A DNA stretch of 52,926 nt, counting the filler, from Dimargaris cristalligena (Eukaryota), in the NCBI GenBank assembly GCA_003614675.1. It is 3 parts of 3 records of this genome, joined end to end, with 100 filler letters (N's around TTAATTAATTAA, not from the genome) between each part and the next. Parts side by side here need not be neighbours in the genome. Positions count along the whole stretch, not along the records: positions 35,436 to 52,926 come from ML002799.1; 2 more parts are not named here. The stretch is one strand, 5' to 3'. Positions 49,057 through 52,926 of the stretch are shown here, in pieces. The notes beneath the pieces are model-generated. The model had not been told where the DNA came from, did no database searches, and worked only from the letters and a program-made list of their open reading frames with translations. The translations under genes were made by a program, and so were the position numbers. The stretch's first letter is position 1, and each line of letters begins with the position of its first letter.

Positions 49057-49225
49057 TTACTAAGCAACGGAGCCCACTTTCCTAGTACGGGCGTGGCGCC
49101 AGTCCCCGGTTGAGCCTATCGAGAAAGGGTTGACTATGACAAAACAGTCCCTTTTCCGATCCTTGAATCAATGCGCATTAAGCATCCATCGGGTTTGATC
49201 CGCGCCCCTGTCCTGAATATATAAA
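49057..49225 (+). promoter_or_regulatory. Peroxiredoxin promoter: Yap1-type element TTACTAA (49057-49063) and TATA box TATATAAA (49218-49225)
   Basis: Exact motif matches about 350 and 190 nt upstream of the ATG. Short motifs can occur by chance. Confidence 0.45.
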
Positions 49226-49411
49226 TAATTCCCCCATGACCGCCGCTTTGAATGTGTTTACCTTTCCTCTTTTCTATAGTCAGTGTCAAATCAAGTCAAG
49301 TCACCATTCCTTACTTATTAGTCCTTGTACACCTTCCTTCTGTGTTACATATTCCTGAAAACACACTCCTTCACCCCATTTCCACTACCCTAACTTCACA
49401 TTTCCCTCACC

Positions 49412-50002
49412 ATGTCCGTCAAAGTTCAACAGAAGGCCCCCGCTTTTACCGGCACCGCCGTCGTCGACGGTGACTTCCAGACCGTGTCCCTGGACGACTA
49501 CAAGGGCAAGTACCTGGTGCTGTTCTTCTACCCCCTCGACTTCACTTTTGTGTGCCCCACCGAGATCATCGCCTTCAGCGAACGCGCTGCCGACTTCAAG
49601 GCCATCGGCTGCGAACTGGTCGCCGCTTCCGTCGACTCCCACTTCTCCCACCTGGCCTGGATCAACCAGTCCCGCAAGGAAGGCGGTCTGGGCGGCATCA
49701 ACTTCCCCGTTCTGTCCGACATTACCAAGCAGATCTCCCGCGACTACGGCGTTCTTTTGGAAAACGACGGCGTGGCCCTGCGCGGTCTGTTCATCATCGA
49801 CCCTGAACAAAACGTCCGCGCGGTGACCATCAACGACTTGCCCATCGGTCGCTCCGTCGACGAGACCCTGCGTGTCGTGAAGGCTATCCAGTTCAACGAA
49901 AAGTACGGCGAAGTGTGCCCCGCTAACTGGCAGGAGGGTAGCAGCACTATCGTGCCCGACACCAAGGACTCCAAGAAGTACTTCTCTGAAGCTAACCAGT
50001 AA
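49412..50002 (+). CDS. TSA1: Typical 2-Cys peroxiredoxin (Tsa1/Prx1 class), 196 aa, intronless
   Basis: [36 protein letters not shown] and C-terminal YF. Strong C-ending codon bias suggests high expression. Confidence 0.96.
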   Translation: MSVKVQQKAPAFTGTAVVDGDFQTVSLDDYKGKYLVLFFYPLDFTFVCPTEIIAFSERAADFKAIGCELVAASVDSHFSHLAWINQSRKEGGLGGINFPVLSDITKQISRDYGVLLENDGVALRGLFIIDPEQNVRAVTINDLPIGRSVDETLRVVKAIQFNEKYGEVCPANWQEGSSTIVPDTKDSKKYFSEANQ

Positions 50003-50302
50003 ACACTGTATTTGTGCGCGTTCCCCCCAAGTAAACAACTACGCTTCTTTCCTCTCCTCTCCTTTTAGTTTTCAGCTCTTTTGTCACACTAGCCGTGGTT
50101 GAATGGATCAGAAAAAACACCATCCTATATATTTCAGCCAACCTCACCCTGTTTCTTCTCTTCCCCGTAATTACCCACACCTAGCCTCAGACCACATTAT
50201 TCCAGGCAAATTAGGCCAAGTATAATAAAAAACCCCCTATAAAGAGCACAGCGATCCGTTATTGGATTTCAACAATGAACACTTTGTTGTGGGTGATAAA
50301 TA

Positions 50303-50566
50303 CTAGTCCACCTCGACCAAACGTAACACTAAGGGAGCCGAGTAGGGTATAAGGTTTTTAAGATATATATGATTATTTTATTAGAACATAAAGAACCCAT
50401 GTTATGACGAGTTAACCCTTATTTTATACTCTGGGCATGTTAGTATTGATGGTAAGTCTTGTAACTGTTCGCTCCCCGCTTGGCGGTGCACTCTCACTGA
50501 GGGAGTCAGGAGACCCCTCTGGTTCAGGAGGACTGATTCCCTCTGATGGTTGCAATAGCAGAACCC
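50303..50566 (+). repeat. Duplicated non-coding module, copy B
   Basis: Inverted homolog of 47331-47739. TATA-like ATATATAT at 50363; ATG|GTAAGT at 50449-50457; acceptor TAG/CAG at 50558/50561. Confidence 0.8.
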
Positions 50567-51843
50567 ACTAGAAGAGTAATACTGTATTGCTGCAAAGTGC
50601 AGGATTGGGGATAGCCTATTTTCTATCGATTTTATCTGGTACGATCATTTCCATATTTATTCATGTTGTTACAATGGAGGCAAAGCCATTGCCTCAACGA
50701 TATATATACCACTGTCACTGCTGAAACCGTGGGCGGAAAGCACCCGCTGATAACAAAGTCCGATAACAGAAAATAGAGGTCGTTGATGACGAATAACCAT
50801 CGCTGGTGACCGCATGAACAACCCGGCGATATTACGAGAGCTCTTTATATCCAAATGTTTTATTTAAACCCGCATTTTCCATCTGATTCGAGGAGATTGA
50901 ATAGGAGAACGAATATGACCACAACGTATGATATCTCCTATCCAATATTATATTATTATCATTCACGGGTATTTTCTCCCAAGTATCTTTTAATAAATTG
51001 TGGTGTAATTTTGTTTCTGAATACTTCTTTAAAATAGCCCGTTCGTTTATTTATTATAAAAGGATCCACGAGGGTGAAGCCGAAAGTAGCCAGGATTCCT
51101 TGAGTTCATTAATATCAGCCAATTTTATTGATTTATTCGATTCTTTTTCATAAATAATTTTGATACTCGTTAAATTTTATTATGTCTCATATGTCCCGTT
51201 ACCGTTCTGTCTTTCCGAAGGAGACAGGGTCCTCGTCATCATTGCCCTCACTGCCGCCGTCTTGCGCTAGCTCACCGCTTGAGCGGTTGTTGCTGCCGTC
51301 CTCCTCTTCGCGGTCCAGTGCCCCTCAACCCGATAGGACCGCATTACTACAATACCACTATCGATAAACATATTTGGAAACATTTTATGGTTATAGTTTG
51401 GACCAGTGTTATGTAAACCAGCCATTATTACAAATCTGTTAATACTCGGCCATATCATCAAATAATACAGTATATTTCGCAGTCACATTAATACACTCCA
51501 AAATTCGATACTTGAGTAAACCATTTGCGGCTTGATTAATATTGCTTAGTTCAGCTACTATTCCGACTTACCTGACTTATAAAGGTTTACCTCTATTCCA
51601 TTAACGCAGCGTCATACATATTTATACCATTCGACTATTGAACATTCTGATTGTTCATCTTCAGTTGAAGTGGATGTTAATAGGTGCCATGGTGGAGCTG
51701 GTGATGGAGTTTAATAATTCCCTTAAAAATATGGCATAGTGGAATTGGTGTCCCTTATCATAATTTATACCATTGGTCATTTATTTATCAAAGGAACTAA
51801 TTAGTATCAGACCATCTAATCCAATTTAATCCAGACACAATGA

Positions 51844-52388
51844 TGTCCACCTCCATTAGGCCTTATAGTACCATATTAACCTTCCCAGGGCCACACCCAG
51901 TACTATAGGATCACCCTTATAACATATAACCCTTCCCCATCCAGACTCCTTGGTTTACACTAATTACTCCAGTAATGATCTGAAGACTCTTCCAGTTACC
52001 ACCCAAGTTTTCCAGATCCTCATAGTCATCTGGTTGGCTTATTTAGCATACCTTAGTCTCAGTAGTACCTTCCCCTGGGGACCTCCCTTTGGAGTCATCC
52101 CCCATATATATATAACCAGGCCCTGTTGGGACCAGTTCAATTCCTCAGCTTATTCTTTTCCCCCCTAGTTTATCCCAATAAACTCTATATATACCCACTC
52201 CCCTTAGACTAACTAGTAAGTGTGCTCCCTGCACATCCCTTATATATACCTACACTTAGCCTTTATTAGTTAGTACTATGCCCTCAACTTAACACTAGGA
52301 CCCACTTGGCCAAGTCTAAGCCCTGTCTACTATTAGAAGCCTACCCCCAGGACTCTTGACAGACTAAGAGTAGTAAACCTGGGTGACA
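51844..52388 (+). mobile_element. Putative solo LTR, about 545 bp (5' boundary uncertain), CpG-free
   Basis: The 3' 69 nt match 17722-17790 and end GGTGACA. Candidate start TGTCCACC at 51844. Internal TATATATAA and AATAAA. No clean TSD found. Confidence 0.5.
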
Positions 52389-52926
52389 GCAATAAACAAA
52401 AGTTACTAATACTATAGATGATTATATGGCTATAGGCTCAACTAAAATAATAATGGGAAACACAATGAAGTTTGTAAGTCTAAAAAAGTTTGGCCCATTA
52501 ATGAAGTCCTGGGACTGGACCCCAAGGAGCTTAAATACCCAGAAAGCTGAAAAACAATAGAGGATCCAGGACCTTGGAAGATGCAGAATAGAGTATTTGG
52601 TGATAAATTTGGACCAGCATCACTGAGTAGAAAATGTAAAGAGACAGGGTAGGCAGATGTGAAATAATAGTAAAAATATCTAAATCATTATTATGGATAT
52701 AACAGGCCCAGGTTTTATACCCAAGCTTCACTATCTAAACCAGAACCAGGTCTGCTAATCTCAGCAGTATTGCAGAGTACTAAACTAAAAGTTATAAGTG
52801 TGGTGAACTTACCACATTTTTTACCTACTTTTATTTTTAATCCATTTTTTGCACTTATCGGAAGTACGCCTCTGATGAGTATGGTCATTTTTCCTACATT
52901 TTCATTATTATATTATTTTTTCTATT

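Noticed and set aside
50490-50550. SECIS element downstream of the peroxiredoxin
   Set aside because: The kink-turn polarity is opposite to SECIS (the bulge adjoins the loop-closing stem), there is no apical AA, and the Prx has TGC Cys codons with no in-frame TGA.
50452-50561. TPP riboswitch, HDV-like ribozyme, tRNA-derived SINE or canonical snoRNA identity for the structured intron
   Set aside because: The TPP CUGAGA/ACCUGAU cores, a complete HDV P1/P2, a cloverleaf and terminal C and D boxes could not be built by eye.

Overview
Eukaryotic, intron-containing (GT-AG) fungal DNA. Gene content and style suggest an early-diverging fungus, possibly a Zoopagomycota mycoparasite such as Dimargaris; this is inference and not verified. 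The window is three segments joined by artificial 100-nt spacers (N44-TTAATTAATTAA-N44 at 17622-17721 and 35336-35435), so adjacency across them is not established. Segment 1 has a COA8/APOPT1-like gene, an Ime2/MAK-family kinase with a very long disordered tail, a Git3/cAMP-receptor-like GPCR and a truncated HDHD2. Segment 2 is gene-sparse and repeat-rich. It holds a secreted protein with an F-box-like motif, CpG-depleted retroelement relics, a solo LTR, a MITE, a cluster of intronless orphan ORFs including a pseudokinase, and a truncated Sds3-like gene. Segment 3 has CDC37, a VPS9-domain GEF, a Cys-rich GPI-type surface protein and a 2-Cys peroxiredoxin. The best leads are: (i) a duplicated non-coding module flanking the peroxiredoxin whose putative intron holds a conserved kink-turn-like hairpin over the branch site; (ii) the signal-peptide plus F-box-like candidate effector; (iii) a 136-bp ATAT-targeting MITE family with an empty-site control; (iv) CpG-biased decay of repeats. 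All alignments and translations were done by eye; no database search was run.
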